64,000 nt of DNA, from contig OZ242260.1 of the NCBI GenBank assembly GCA_965207065.1, positions 1,312,001 through 1,376,000 of the forward strand. The letters are read 5' to 3'. Shown piece after piece: positions 1 through 10,063 of this stretch. The DNA is from a bacterium (lineage in GTDB: Bacteria > UBA8248). The notes below the pieces were generated by a model. The model did not search any database and was not told the DNA's origin. It saw nothing but the letters and a program-made list of their open reading frames with translations. A program made the translations under genes and the position numbers. Positions within the stretch are counted from its first letter, which is position 1. Every line of letters starts with the position of its first letter.

Positions 1-74
1 TAAAACATGAAATCAGGACTTTTTCATCAAGAAACCCCGCCCCGCCCGGAAGAATTCCTCGCTCCTCGCCCGGA

Positions 75-520
75 ATTCACCCCGCATTTCCGCGCATTTA
101 CGGTTATCGCCCGGCGTCGGGGTGCGGCAGAATCTCACGCCAGTAGCGCAGAGGAGATATTCTCATGGACGCGAGGAACCCGGAAAAGGGAAAGCGGCGG
201 CAGGCCCCTCACCAGGGAAGACCGGCCGGCTCCGTTGGGCCGGCAATCCTTATCCCGGCGATCGGGACCGCTCTTTCGCGCCCGGGGATCGGCCGTGAAG
301 AACGCGCCGCGAATTTCGATAAAATACCGAACAATACGATAAATACAGATAAATTCACGGGGTTTTTCGATAAAAAAAGAAAGCGGGAGAATATTGTAAC
401 GCATTGTAATAAAATGATTTGTTTCATATATCTGGGCGCGGGCGACTCAAATATGAGCGCAAATTTATTTCGCGCGCCGCATTTGCGATGAATTGCGCGG
501 CTCTCCCCGCATTTGCCCGC
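75..520. repeat. Dispersed non-coding element, copy A (inverted relative to the copy at 42880-43330)
   Basis: 340-374 is the exact reverse complement of 43021-43055 (35 bp). GTAAC 396-400, TTGTAAT 404-410 and ACTCAAATAT 445-454 map ungapped to 42995-42999, 42985-42991 and 42941-42950. Outer limits approximate. Confidence 0.8.
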
Positions 521-671
521 AACCGCCCGCCGCCGAAGCCGGGTCGTTCAATAGCCTCCAGGGGGGAGTGACTGCATCGTTCCCTGCCAGGCCCGGACCC
601 TCCTCCCACACGGTCGGGACATGTATGTAATTCCCGTTTATTTTCACGGGCTTTTTATGTAGGCTCCCTCC

Positions 672-950
672 ATGCCGAAACTATCCCTGAACCGCTTGAT
701 CCACGACATCCAGCCGCTCGATAAGCGCGAGGCGTTCCTGCGCGACCCGCACGAGTTCGCGCGGGGGTATGACTTGAGCGACGCCGAACTGGCGGCGGTC
801 CGCGATTCCGACATGCGTGCGCTGTGGAGCTTCGGCGCGAACCCCTACCTGCTGCGGGTGCTGCAGATGCGATCAGGCATATCGGATGAAGACTTCCGGG
901 CGGCGCTGGCGGGCCTCTCCTATCCGAGGCCTGATGAGGGGGAAATATAA
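672..950 (+). CDS. LigA-like small subunit of an extradiol aromatic ring-opening dioxygenase
   Basis: 92 aa with REAFLRDP..YDLSDAELAAV..D..AL..GANPY pattern; directly upstream of a LigB-type gene. Confidence 0.75.
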   Translation: MPKLSLNRLIHDIQPLDKREAFLRDPHEFARGYDLSDAELAAVRDSDMRALWSFGANPYLLRVLQMRSGISDEDFRAALAGLSYPRPDEGEI

Positions 951-951
951 G

Positions 952-1779
952 GTGGCGGAGATCGTCGGGGTCTTCGCGGCCAGCCACACGCCCCTGTTCC
1001 TGCTGCGGCACGATGCGCCCGCAGAAGACGTGAGAGAAGAGGTTTTCTCCGCCTACCGCAGGATGGCGCGGGAGATCGTGGCGCGGGGCGCCGAAGCGCT
1101 GGTGCTTCTGGGAAACGACCATCTGCACGCCTTTTCCATGGACAGATACCCCGCCCTGGCAATCGGCGCGGGGCCTCGCTTCGGGCCGGTCGAGACGGAA
1201 CCTTTCCTGCCGAGCGATGTATACGAAGGGGCTGAGGAGCTGGCTTCCCACCTGGCGCGCGGTCTGCTGGCGAACGGCTTCGACCCCCTGGTTTGCCGGG
1301 AATTGCCGCTCGATCATTCCTTCGTCTCGCCACTGGCGCTCATGGGCGATACGGGTCTCCCCATCGTGCCTGTGCTTCAAAACACGGTGGCCCCGCCCCT
1401 GCCGCCCGCCGCGCGGTCTTATGAACTCGGCGTATCGCTCAGGCGATTGATAGAGGGCTATGCGGGACACGAGCGCGTGGCCGTCGTGGCGACGGGCGCG
1501 CCTTCGCACTGGATAGGGACCCCCGAGCAGGGGGAAATCGACGAGGCGTGGGACCGCGATGTGATCGACTTGCTGCGCGGCGCGGACGCGAAGGGTCTTT
1601 CCGCGTGGCCGCAGGCCAGAATCGATGAGGGCGGCAACGGGGGCAATGAGATCAGGACGTGGATATCCGCCGCCGCCATGAGCGGGGACACGGAGGCGAA
1701 TCTTTGGGTATACCGGATAGAACCCCTGTGGTTTCTGGGGGTGACGGTAATCGAGTGGCCCATCGGGCCTGCTCTTTGA
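952..1779 (+). CDS. LigB-family (class III) extradiol ring-cleavage dioxygenase, catalytic subunit
   Basis: GTG start 1 nt after the upstream stop; motifs ASHTP, NDHL, LDHS, SHW, GNEIRTW. Confidence 0.85.
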   Translation: MAEIVGVFAASHTPLFLLRHDAPAEDVREEVFSAYRRMAREIVARGAEALVLLGNDHLHAFSMDRYPALAIGAGPRFGPVETEPFLPSDVYEGAEELASHLARGLLANGFDPLVCRELPLDHSFVSPLALMGDTGLPIVPVLQNTVAPPLPPAARSYELGVSLRRLIEGYAGHERVAVVATGAPSHWIGTPEQGEIDEAWDRDVIDLLRGADAKGLSAWPQARIDEGGNGGNEIRTWISAAAMSGDTEANLWVYRIEPLWFLGVTVIEWPIGPAL

Positions 1780-1803
1780 GCGACAACAAAGGAGGATGAG
1801 GGA

Positions 1804-2793
1804 ATGCCGAAAGCGGTACTTTTTGACGAACTCGGTGGTGCGGACGTGCTCCGCGTGGCGGAGGTTCCGGAGCTCGAGCCGGGAGAGGGCGAGGTGCGCA
1901 TCAAAGTTGAGACGATAGGACTCAACCGGGCGGAGATTCTCTTCCGCCATGGCCGCTACCACGACAAGCCCGAGTTCCCCTCCCGTATCGGTTACGAGGC
2001 TTGCGGGGCGATAGACGCCGTGGGTCCGGGCGTGGAGGACCTTGCGTTGGGCGATCGCGTAAGTACGATTCCCTGCTTCTCGATGGTGGAGCACGGCGTG
2101 TGCGGTGAGCAGGCGGTCGTGCCGGCGTTCGCCGCCGCCCGCTATCCGGACAGACTGACGCCCGCCGAGGGCGCTTCCATCTGGATGCAGTATTTCACCG
2201 CATACGGCGCGCTCATCGAGTTCGGGAAGGTGGGGGAAGGCGACACCGTGTTGCTCACCGCGGCGAGCAGCAGCGTCGGGGTCGCGGCGATCCAGATTGC
2301 GAAATCAGTGGGCGCGCGCGTCATCGCCACGACGCGCGGAGCGGGAAAGAAGGATTTTCTTCTGAACATCGGTGCTGATCGCGTTGTCGTGACGGATGAG
2401 GAGGATCTGGCCGAGCGGGTGATGGAGATCACGGGCGGCGCGGGCGCCGACGTCATCTTCGACCCCGTCGTCGGGTCTACGCTGCCGAAACTCGCCGATG
2501 CGGCGGCATACCAGGGCTCGATTTTCCTCTATGGCCGACTCTCACCCGAGCCTGCGGAAATTCCACTGTTCCCGGCTCTCCGGAGAGGGCTGACCTTCCG
2601 GTGCTATACGATCATGGAGATCACCAAATTCCCGGAAAAAAGAGAGCGTGGGAAGAAATTCATCTACGACGGCCTCGAATCGGGCGCGCTCAAGCCCATC
2701 ATCGCCAAGACGTTTCCGCTTGACGAGGCGGCGGGGGCGTACGAGTACATGGCGTCGAACCAGCAGATGGGCAAGATAGTCGTCGAGGTGTAG
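1804..2793 (+). CDS. MDR-family NADPH:quinone oxidoreductase
   Basis: GLNRAE, GYEACG, TAASSSVG, C-terminal GKIVV; GGAGG RBS. Confidence 0.9.
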   Translation: MPKAVLFDELGGADVLRVAEVPELEPGEGEVRIKVETIGLNRAEILFRHGRYHDKPEFPSRIGYEACGAIDAVGPGVEDLALGDRVSTIPCFSMVEHGVCGEQAVVPAFAAARYPDRLTPAEGASIWMQYFTAYGALIEFGKVGEGDTVLLTAASSSVGVAAIQIAKSVGARVIATTRGAGKKDFLLNIGADRVVVTDEEDLAERVMEITGGAGADVIFDPVVGSTLPKLADAAAYQGSIFLYGRLSPEPAEIPLFPALRRGLTFRCYTIMEITKFPEKRERGKKFIYDGLESGALKPIIAKTFPLDEAAGAYEYMASNQQMGKIVVEV

Positions 2794-2799
2794 GCTGGT

Positions 2800-4455
2800 C
2801 TACCCGAACGGACGGGGGTGGGAGTAGCCCATCTCCTCGCTCGTGATGAACTCGAGCAGAGCGGGCGTTCCCTCTTCGGTTTTTATTCTCGCCTCTATGA
2901 ACGCTGCGCCGACCTCACCAGGCTCCTCCACGCGCTTCGCCCAGCCGCCCAGCGCTCTGGCAATGTCGGCATATTCGCCGCCCACGTCGCGCGTGCCGTA
3001 TTTCTCGTGAGAAAGCGCCATGTGGCTGGTCTCGACCGCCATGGTGGAGTTTTTGAGCACCACCGTGCAGATGGGGAGGTTCTCGCGCACGGCGGTCTCG
3101 AAATCGAGCCCGGTCATGCCGAACGCCGCATCGCCCATGAAGTTCACGCAGAACTTATCGGGCGCAGCCAGCTTGGCGCCCATGGCGAGGCCGAGCCCGG
3201 TGCCGAGCTGGTGGGATTTCCCCCAGCCAAGGTAAGACCTCGGCGTGTCGCACAGATACATGGGCAGCATCTCGTACCGCGGGTTCCCCGAATCGTGGGT
3301 GGCGATGGCTTCTGCGGGCGGGATGTTCTGCATCAACTCCCAGATGACGCGATAAGGGTTGATGGGTTTTTCGTTTGAGGTGAGCTTGGGCGCCCATTCA
3401 TCGAGCCAGGCCTTTCGCGCATTCGCCACCTGCGCCTGCACACCTTCGCGCTCGCTTCTTTCTGTTCCCTTCACCTGCTCGGCGCAACAGTCGATGAACT
3501 GGCGCAGCACGAGCTTCGCATCGCCGAGCACGGGATGATCGGCAGCGTAGTTCTTGTTGATGTCGACGGGGTCGTTCGTCGCGTGGATGATGGTTTTTCC
3601 GCCGGGCACGCGCGTGGCGAGGCCGTGGTCGGTTAGACTCGTGCCGACGGCGAATACGAGGTCCGCGTCTTTTAGAAAATGATAGGCGGGACCCGCCATG
3701 ACGCTCGAGCCGACGCCGAGGGCGAGGGGATGGTTCCTCTCCGAAATGGCGCTTTTGCCCTCCATGGTGGTCAACACGGGAATCTGGAGGAATTCCGCCA
3801 GCTCACGCAGCTCATCGGTGGCCTCGGCGTAGAGCACGCCCGCGCCCGCCAGGATCACCGGACGCTCGGCCACCAGCAGCGCTTGGATTGCGCTCTCGAC
3901 GTCCTTTGGGTCGCCCTGTGCGCGCGTTCGCTTCACGGGTTTGTAGCCGTTTAGCATATCTTCCGAGACTTCCGCGCCGGCCACGTCTTCCGGCAACTCC
4001 ACGAGCACGGGGCCGGGACGTCCGTTCCTCATCGCATGAAAGGCGCGGCGCATGGCGTCCGCTGCCCGTTCGGGCACGATAATCTGCTCGGCTGATTTCG
4101 TCACCGAGGCGTAGGAGTCGACGGAACTGAACATGGGGAACACGCGGTCGCGCCCCCTGGCGTGGCCCAGGGGGAGCAGCAGCATGGGTGTGGAATCCGA
4201 ATACGCGGTGGAGATGCCTGGAAAGGCGTTTTCCGCCCCCGGCCCGTACTGCATGGTGAACACCGAAGGCGCTGCGCCGTTGGTGACGCGGGCGAAGCCG
4301 TCCGCGATGCCCACCCCCACGCGCTCCTGGCGGCAGACGATAGGGCGGATTCCGACCGCGGCGGCCGCTTCGATCTGGACGGTGGTAGGGTAGCAGTTCA
4401 GATGTTCCGCCCCTTCGCGCTTCAGGATTCCGGCGATGACGTCGACGACGCGCAT
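2800..4455 (-). CDS. Thiamine diphosphate-dependent enzyme (acetolactate synthase large subunit-like)
   Basis: RQER catalytic Glu, GPGAEN, GRPGPV, GDAAF...N ThDP motif; AGGAG RBS before MRVVDV. Confidence 0.9.
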   Translation of the reverse strand: MRVVDVIAGILKREGAEHLNCYPTTVQIEAAAAVGIRPIVCRQERVGVGIADGFARVTNGAAPSVFTMQYGPGAENAFPGISTAYSDSTPMLLLPLGHARGRDRVFPMFSSVDSYASVTKSAEQIIVPERAADAMRRAFHAMRNGRPGPVLVELPEDVAGAEVSEDMLNGYKPVKRTRAQGDPKDVESAIQALLVAERPVILAGAGVLYAEATDELRELAEFLQIPVLTTMEGKSAISERNHPLALGVGSSVMAGPAYHFLKDADLVFAVGTSLTDHGLATRVPGGKTIIHATNDPVDINKNYAADHPVLGDAKLVLRQFIDCCAEQVKGTERSEREGVQAQVANARKAWLDEWAPKLTSNEKPINPYRVIWELMQNIPPAEAIATHDSGNPRYEMLPMYLCDTPRSYLGWGKSHQLGTGLGLAMGAKLAAPDKFCVNFMGDAAFGMTGLDFETAVRENLPICTVVLKNSTMAVETSHMALSHEKYGTRDVGGEYADIARALGGWAKRVEEPGEVGAAFIEARIKTEEGTPALLEFITSEEMGYSHPRPFG

Positions 4456-4636
4456 GTGGCTTCTCCTATCGGTTCGGTGGGTGTGTCTCGTCCGGTGGGT
4501 CGAGTTTCTCACAAGTTGTGCTTTAAGGAAATTTCCGCGCACGGGAGCGCGCACGGGCGGATTTCGCTACAATGCGTGTCCATCTTGTGAAAATTCACGG
4601 AGCGATAGCGACATTTCAGCAAAAGGAAACCCGGCC

Positions 4637-5404
4637 ATGGTGAATCGAGAAGCAACCACGTATGAAGTGAAAAACCACGTCGCGTATCTCACCCTGAACA
4701 GGCCCGAGAAGAAAAACGCCATCAACTACGCCATGCGCAAGGAGGTGCAGGACGCCTACGTGGACATCAAGCACAACCCGGACATCTGGGTGGCCATCAT
4801 CACGGCGGCGGGAGACGTTTTCTGCTCGGGCAAGGACATCGTGGAGAAGATGCCCGAGAGCGATGCTCAAGTGATGTCGAACGATGAGCTCTATCTTTAT
4901 CTCCGGTATCTCTACAAGCCCGTCATCTGCGCGATCAACGGCCCCTGCCTGGCCCAGGGGGCGGGCTTTGCGCTGAACTCCGACATCCTGATTTTTTCAG
5001 AGCGCGGCTCCATGGGCTGGCCGCAGGTGCTGAGGGGGATATCTTCCGTGAGCGGCCCCGCCATGTGCGCGCACGCGATTCCCTGGACGCAGGCGATGAG
5101 CTACCTGATGCGCGGGAAGTTCATCCCTGCGGATGAGTGCCTTCGCCTGGGCATAGCCACCGAGGTGGTACCGCACGAGGAGCTTCTGCCGACGGCTGTG
5201 CGCTACGCGCACGAAATCCTGGAAGCCGCGCCCATGGCGGTTTGCGCCATTAAGGAGGCGGCGCGCCGGGGCGAGGACCTGGGCTATAAGGACAGGGTCT
5301 ACATGTCGCGCGACGTGGCGGACCGCATCCTGAACACGGAGGATTCGAAAGAGGGAATCCTCGCCTTCCGCGAGAAGAGAAAGCCCGAATGGCGCGGTAG
5401 ATAG
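4637..5404 (+). CDS. Enoyl-CoA hydratase/isomerase (crotonase family)
   Basis: LNRPEKKNA, FCSGKD, KPVICAINGPC, EGILAFREKRKP. Confidence 0.9.
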   Translation: MVNREATTYEVKNHVAYLTLNRPEKKNAINYAMRKEVQDAYVDIKHNPDIWVAIITAAGDVFCSGKDIVEKMPESDAQVMSNDELYLYLRYLYKPVICAINGPCLAQGAGFALNSDILIFSERGSMGWPQVLRGISSVSGPAMCAHAIPWTQAMSYLMRGKFIPADECLRLGIATEVVPHEELLPTAVRYAHEILEAAPMAVCAIKEAARRGEDLGYKDRVYMSRDVADRILNTEDSKEGILAFREKRKPEWRGR

Positions 5405-5466
5405 GCTGCAATTTCCCATATTTTTCTCAATACAGACAAGAACGAATGAAATGGAGATGAAAGCGG

Positions 5467-6468
5467 ATGAGCGATAAACCCGTGGTCTGGGTGGGAACCC
5501 CATTTATCCTGAATTTCGATGACCCGATGGAGATTTTTGAGCCCCTGGTGGAGGAGGGGCTGGAGGTTCGCCTGGACGAGTGCCGGGGCTACATGCCCGA
5601 GGAAGACGTGATCGCGGCCCTGCCGGACGTCACGGCCGTCATCGCGGGGGCGGAGCCTTATACGGCCAAAGTGATGGACAACGCGCCCGAGGTGAGATTC
5701 ATCGTGCGCGCCGGCGTGGGCCTGAACAACGTCGACATCCCGGCGGCCACCGAGCGGGGCATTCTCGTCGCGAACTCGGCGGGACAGAACTCCCAGTCCG
5801 TGGCGGAGCACCTCTTCGGCCTGCTGCTCTGCGCCGTCCGGCGCATCGGCTGGCTGGACGTGAACATCCGCAAGGGCCTCTGGCGGGAGATTCAGCCGCC
5901 CATGCGCCCTTTGAACGGAATGACCATGGGGATACTGGGATTCGGGAACATCGGCAAGCAGGTGGCGAAACGGGCCGTCGCCTTCGACATGAACGTGATC
6001 GCCCACGACATCGTGCAAGATGAGGAGACGGCGAATGCGCTGGGCGTGCGCTTCGTGAGCCTGGAAGAACTGGCGAGGGAATCGGACTACCTCACCTGCC
6101 ACGTGCCGCTGACGCCCGAGACGACGCACATCATAAACCGTGAGATTTTAAGCCTCATGAAGCCCGATGCCTACGTCTTCAACACTTCTCGGGGTCCCGT
6201 CTTCGACCTGGACGCTGTTACGGAGGCTCTGCAAGAGGGTGTCATCCGGGGCGCAGGAATCGACGTGTTCCCCGAGGAGCCGCCCGATTATTCGCATCCC
6301 GTATTCGCGCTCGAGAATGCCGTGCTCGCCCCCCACTTGGGCGGCCGGGGCGAGGATGCGATTCGCAACACGCTCCACCACGCGACCAGGTGCGTGCTCG
6401 CCTACTTCCGGGGCGAGCGGCCTTCCACCCTCGTAAACCCCGAAGCCTACGGGGTGCGGGGGAGGTGA
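5467..6468 (+). CDS. D-isomer-specific 2-hydroxyacid (phosphoglycerate-like) dehydrogenase
   Basis: GFGNIG, HVPLTPET, NTSRG, DVFPEEP, PHLGG. Confidence 0.9.
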   Translation: MSDKPVVWVGTPFILNFDDPMEIFEPLVEEGLEVRLDECRGYMPEEDVIAALPDVTAVIAGAEPYTAKVMDNAPEVRFIVRAGVGLNNVDIPAATERGILVANSAGQNSQSVAEHLFGLLLCAVRRIGWLDVNIRKGLWREIQPPMRPLNGMTMGILGFGNIGKQVAKRAVAFDMNVIAHDIVQDEETANALGVRFVSLEELARESDYLTCHVPLTPETTHIINREILSLMKPDAYVFNTSRGPVFDLDAVTEALQEGVIRGAGIDVFPEEPPDYSHPVFALENAVLAPHLGGRGEDAIRNTLHHATRCVLAYFRGERPSTLVNPEAYGVRGR

Positions 6469-6474
6469 GGCCTG

Positions 6475-6933
6475 CTACAAAGTGCCGTTGATGGCGTAGT
6501 TCAGTATGCGCACCACCTGTTCGGGCTCTTCGGCCACGGCCATGGCGGCAGCATCGACTTCCTTGAGCGCGTGGGTGTGGCCCGGGTCGTGCAGAGTGAT
6601 GACGGCTTTTCCCAGAGCCGCCGCGTAGCCCGCATCGAAAGCGGCGTTCCACTGCCTGTATTTCTCACCGAAGCGCACGACCACGACGTCGGCCTTCTCG
6701 ATGAGCGTACGGGTTCTGATGGCGTTCACACCCGCGCCCTTGCGGTCTTTCCAGAACGGTTTTTCCTCATCTCCGAGGATGGACACGCCGCAATCGTCAC
6801 TCGCGTCGTGGTCAGTTACGGGGGCGAGAAAGGTTACCGGCAGACCCGCCTTTTCCGCGCCCTCGGTGATCCGCTCGCGCCAGTCGGTGTGCACTTCTCC
6901 CGAAAGATAGACCGTCCAACTTGTCTGAGACAT
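6475..6933 (-). CDS. YtoQ family protein
   Basis: VYLSGEVHTDWRE, FGEKYRQWNAAFDAG, HALKE. Confidence 0.85.
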   Translation of the reverse strand: MSQTSWTVYLSGEVHTDWRERITEGAEKAGLPVTFLAPVTDHDASDDCGVSILGDEEKPFWKDRKGAGVNAIRTRTLIEKADVVVVRFGEKYRQWNAAFDAGYAAALGKAVITLHDPGHTHALKEVDAAAMAVAEEPEQVVRILNYAINGTL

Positions 6934-7002
6934 GGAACGCGCTCCTTTATGCTTTGAATTAAATGATGTGAAAGATGAAGGTTTCTCGTTTATTGAAGAA
7001 GT

Positions 7003-7036
7003 GAAAAACCCCGGCCCTCGCGGACCGGGGTTTCCC
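7003..7036 (-). terminator. Intrinsic terminator-like hairpin
   Basis: AAACCCCGG...CCGGGGTTT stem followed by a T run on the minus strand. Confidence 0.6.
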
Positions 7037-7108
7037 ATCGTTCGGTGGTCTGGTGGGGATTCGCCTGGGCGAAGATGAACCCGGTGAATCTCCTCAGGGC
7101 TCTCTCCC

Positions 7109-7147
7109 CTAGGCTCCAGCCACCTCGTCCCTACAGTCTATTTTCAT
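7109..7147 (-). CDS. Putative 12-aa small ORF MKIDCRDEVAGA with a very long Shine-Dalgarno
   Basis: Minus strand reads AGAAAGGAGGTGATCC-TAAT-ATG...TAG. Confidence 0.4.
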   Translation of the reverse strand: MKIDCRDEVAGA

Positions 7148-7306
7148 ATTAGGATCACCTCCTTTCTGACGTACCTGGGATCATCGAAAAAGTGAGCGGA
7201 AAAGTCAAGGCGCGATCTTGGCGGCGGACTGACAGGCCCGCGCCGTCCGTGATATACAAACCACCGCGTGGCCAATTCGCGCTTTCACGCCACGGCCCCA
7301 CCCCGC

Positions 7307-7401
<95 letters not shown>

Positions 7402-7530
7402 TCGATTCTTTCAGCCTGATATACGAACGGTGCATACTTATATCTAATTATATTTATTATGTTTATTCTTTTTTGTGTTTTGTTTGAAATCTACTGACCG
7501 ATGCTTGTAATCAAAGCGAATGCGGATTGA

Positions 7531-7755
7531 TTATAATTTACGCGTATCCCAGAGGCGCTCAGCGCCTCCGGACACCACGCCCCAGGAGGTGACTGCCCGG
7601 ATCGTGAGGCCCCTGTCCCCGGAGCCTGCGGAGTAAAAGAGCGTGGCGCTCACGCCCCATTCCTCATAGTATGCCTGTTCGTGCGCGATGAGACCGCGCG
7701 CGCCCATCTCCACCGTGAGGCCGGTGGGATTCGAGTAGCGGAACCCGAGGCGAAG
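7531..7755 (-). pseudogene. Fragment of an autotransporter-like C-terminal beta-barrel
   Basis: GLTVEMGARGLIAHEQAYYEEWGVSA...GDRGL...SWG..SGGAERLW; no N-terminus. Confidence 0.55.
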
Positions 7756-7844
7756 CCCGTGCGCACCACCCGCCTGTCCGCGATCAACGCGAGCGTCGGT
7801 GTGCCGCCGGAAGTGTCCATCACGACCGCCGCCGAGAACGTCAC

Positions 7845-8169
7845 CGTCGCCTGGGCCTCGACCGTGCATGCCTTCCAGGGCCGGACGGTCGATACCGTCA
7901 TCGCCGCCATGGAGGCCAACCATCCCAACCTCACCAACCAGAAGACACTCTACGTCGAGATCAGCCGCGCCCGGGCGGAACTCGTGACCGACGATACGAA
8001 GGCCCTACGCGAACGGCTCGAAGCCGCGACGGGGGAGCGGGTCGCGGCGCTAGAGTCGTTCGGCGACAGGCAGCAATACTTGGTGAAATCGAACGAGACG
8101 GCGCAACCCGTGGAGCGGCAGAATCTGGAGACAGGGAAGGTCCGCTATGAACGCGGGATGGAGATGTAG
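7845..8169 (+). pseudogene. C-terminal fragment of a TrwC/TraI (MOBF) relaxase-helicase
   Basis: AWASTVHAFQGRTVD...LYVEISRAR helicase motifs V/VI; rest of gene absent. Confidence 0.7.
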
Positions 8170-8658
8170 GAAATACGCTAACGAAATTTTCGTACCAAAT
8201 TGCTAATCGTATTTCGCCCGTTTAGAGATTGTGGGGGATTTCCAGCGGGCTTGGAATTGCGTTATCTCATTGACATTATTGGGAAAGGTTCCTTATTTCC
8301 GATCTTGTTCGTGACCCGTCTTTAGCGATAAGTAATCAAATCGAAAGCGGACGAATTAAAACTCGTGCGTATTCCGACGCGTCGGCGTCGTATCCGTCCA
8401 TACATGTTCAATCGTGGAGTGAAAACGTACTGGAATGTACAGGCCAAACTGACTACGTCGTGTAATATCAAAAACTGTCTTGGAACAGGCGAAAATTTCA
8501 CCCGACGCCTGAACCATTACGCAAGAGTTGGTTCGTGGTGTGGCGGACGGGCCGATACCAGAGATTGAGGATATGTATCCCGTCGCTGGCCGGCTTTCGT
8601 GAGTCATAAGGCAAAGACAGAAACTACCTCAGGCCAACGCTGACGTCGCCCCTTCTTA

Positions 8659-8720
8659 AAAATTCCCTTAGGAATTGCGAAAAATTTCACCAAATCTCCC
8701 CATATATAGGGAAGCGAAGA
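8659..8720 (+). promoter_or_regulatory. Duplicated regulatory module, copy 1
   Basis: 48/62 identity, ungapped, with 11259-11320. Confidence 0.6.
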
Positions 8721-10063
8721 AACGTGCAATTTTCTATACTTTAATTATTGTCAGATTGTTTGGACACGCAGAATTGAAATGGACCGAAACGATTGCACCG
8801 GACGACATAACAGGTGATTTGTGTTTCTTATCCTAGGTGGAATCTGCATACTATTGCGTAGCGTTGGGCGAAGCTGCCTGATTGTGGAGGGCTCCCTTTC
8901 ATACGCGCGTATAGTGTGGCGGAAGAAATCAGAGTACGGCGCGTTAGTATGCATGGGAGCACATCGACTATGATGGTGGATGAAGGCGGAAGAGCCGGAA
9001 ATAGTACGTGGCTAGTTGAATTTTTAGAAGGATATATCTCAATCAGGATTCAGGCGATGCGGAAGAGTTCCCTAATCCGCGTTTTGCTCGCCGCTTTATA
9101 CACCTCCATGAATTATTTTACAGTTTCGTTGCGGAATCCTGATTCAGCACTTGCCCAGTTGCGCAATCCGCATGGCGAAGCGTTGGTCATCGGCAAAAAG
9201 CACTACAGCCGCCGAATTATTCCCGACGTTACGTTCGCTTGCCAAACTACGATGCTTTTCGGCTGTATGTGGAAAACGATCTCGGCTTTCATCCGAAAAA
9301 CATCAATAAACATCGAGAAGCGAGCGCAGTTATTCTGCACTTTCGGTCGAAATCAAGGCAAGGTGAGCGATCTTCTGGTGAGACTTCTCCCGGACAGTGA
9401 TCGGAAAGTTGTTCTCTACAAGCCAGGTCACGGGACACCGAGCTTGAGAGACGGAAACGGCCGCCTCCTTCCGGCGGATATCTCTCCTCGCAAGACGCAG
9501 GAAGAGGGATTGCCGCTCGAACTTCTACGTTCTGCACCAGGGGATCTCTCGAACACAAAACGTTTACAGCTGAACCAGAGCGTATGTTTCTCGGGGGCGG
9601 GTGATGGGGGCCGACTCGTGCGCAGTGCAAGTCATGTGATTGTGCGCCCGGCATTGCCAAGGGGTCTGGCGGGAAAGGTGTCGGCGTCCGCACTGGATTG
9701 CCGGGATGCAACCGCGTTGTCGGCTTACATATGGAGTCGTTCCGCTGTAGGGAGCGTAATTCTTCCGTATGAGCGCCGGCACAGCGAAGTGAGTTGCCAC
9801 CTGCCGTCGATGCGCACGTTTCAGGATATTCAATTTCCGGTGGCGCCGTTCGTGATCGCTTCCGGAGCAATACTTGTCGAGTCCCGGCGGCGTGCGTATC
9901 ACGGCGCCCATGTCGCCTGGCGGCATATGCAACTGTTTGCTCTGGCTTCGGCGAGCTCGGGGTCCATGATCGCAAGGGGGCATATGGTCAATAAAAGAGC
10001 GCCCTCGCCGCTCGATACGATGGGATACGGACTGGCCGGGCTTCCCCAGGGGAGGATGCGAGC

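Noticed and set aside
165-491. ORFs sharing NTDKFTGFFDK with 42856-43398
   Set aside because: The identity is the 35-bp DNA core only; the rest of the translations are unrelated
655-2094. Long antisense or off-frame ORFs (also 14936-16579, 17435-18571, 46078-47067 and others)
   Set aside because: High-GC shadows of well-supported genes
7152-7167. 16S rRNA gene
   Set aside because: Only the terminal 16 nt match; the adjacent sequence is not helix 45 or other rRNA
8365-8568. GIY-YIG-like remnant (GTGENFTRRLNHY)
   Set aside because: Too short and degenerate to support
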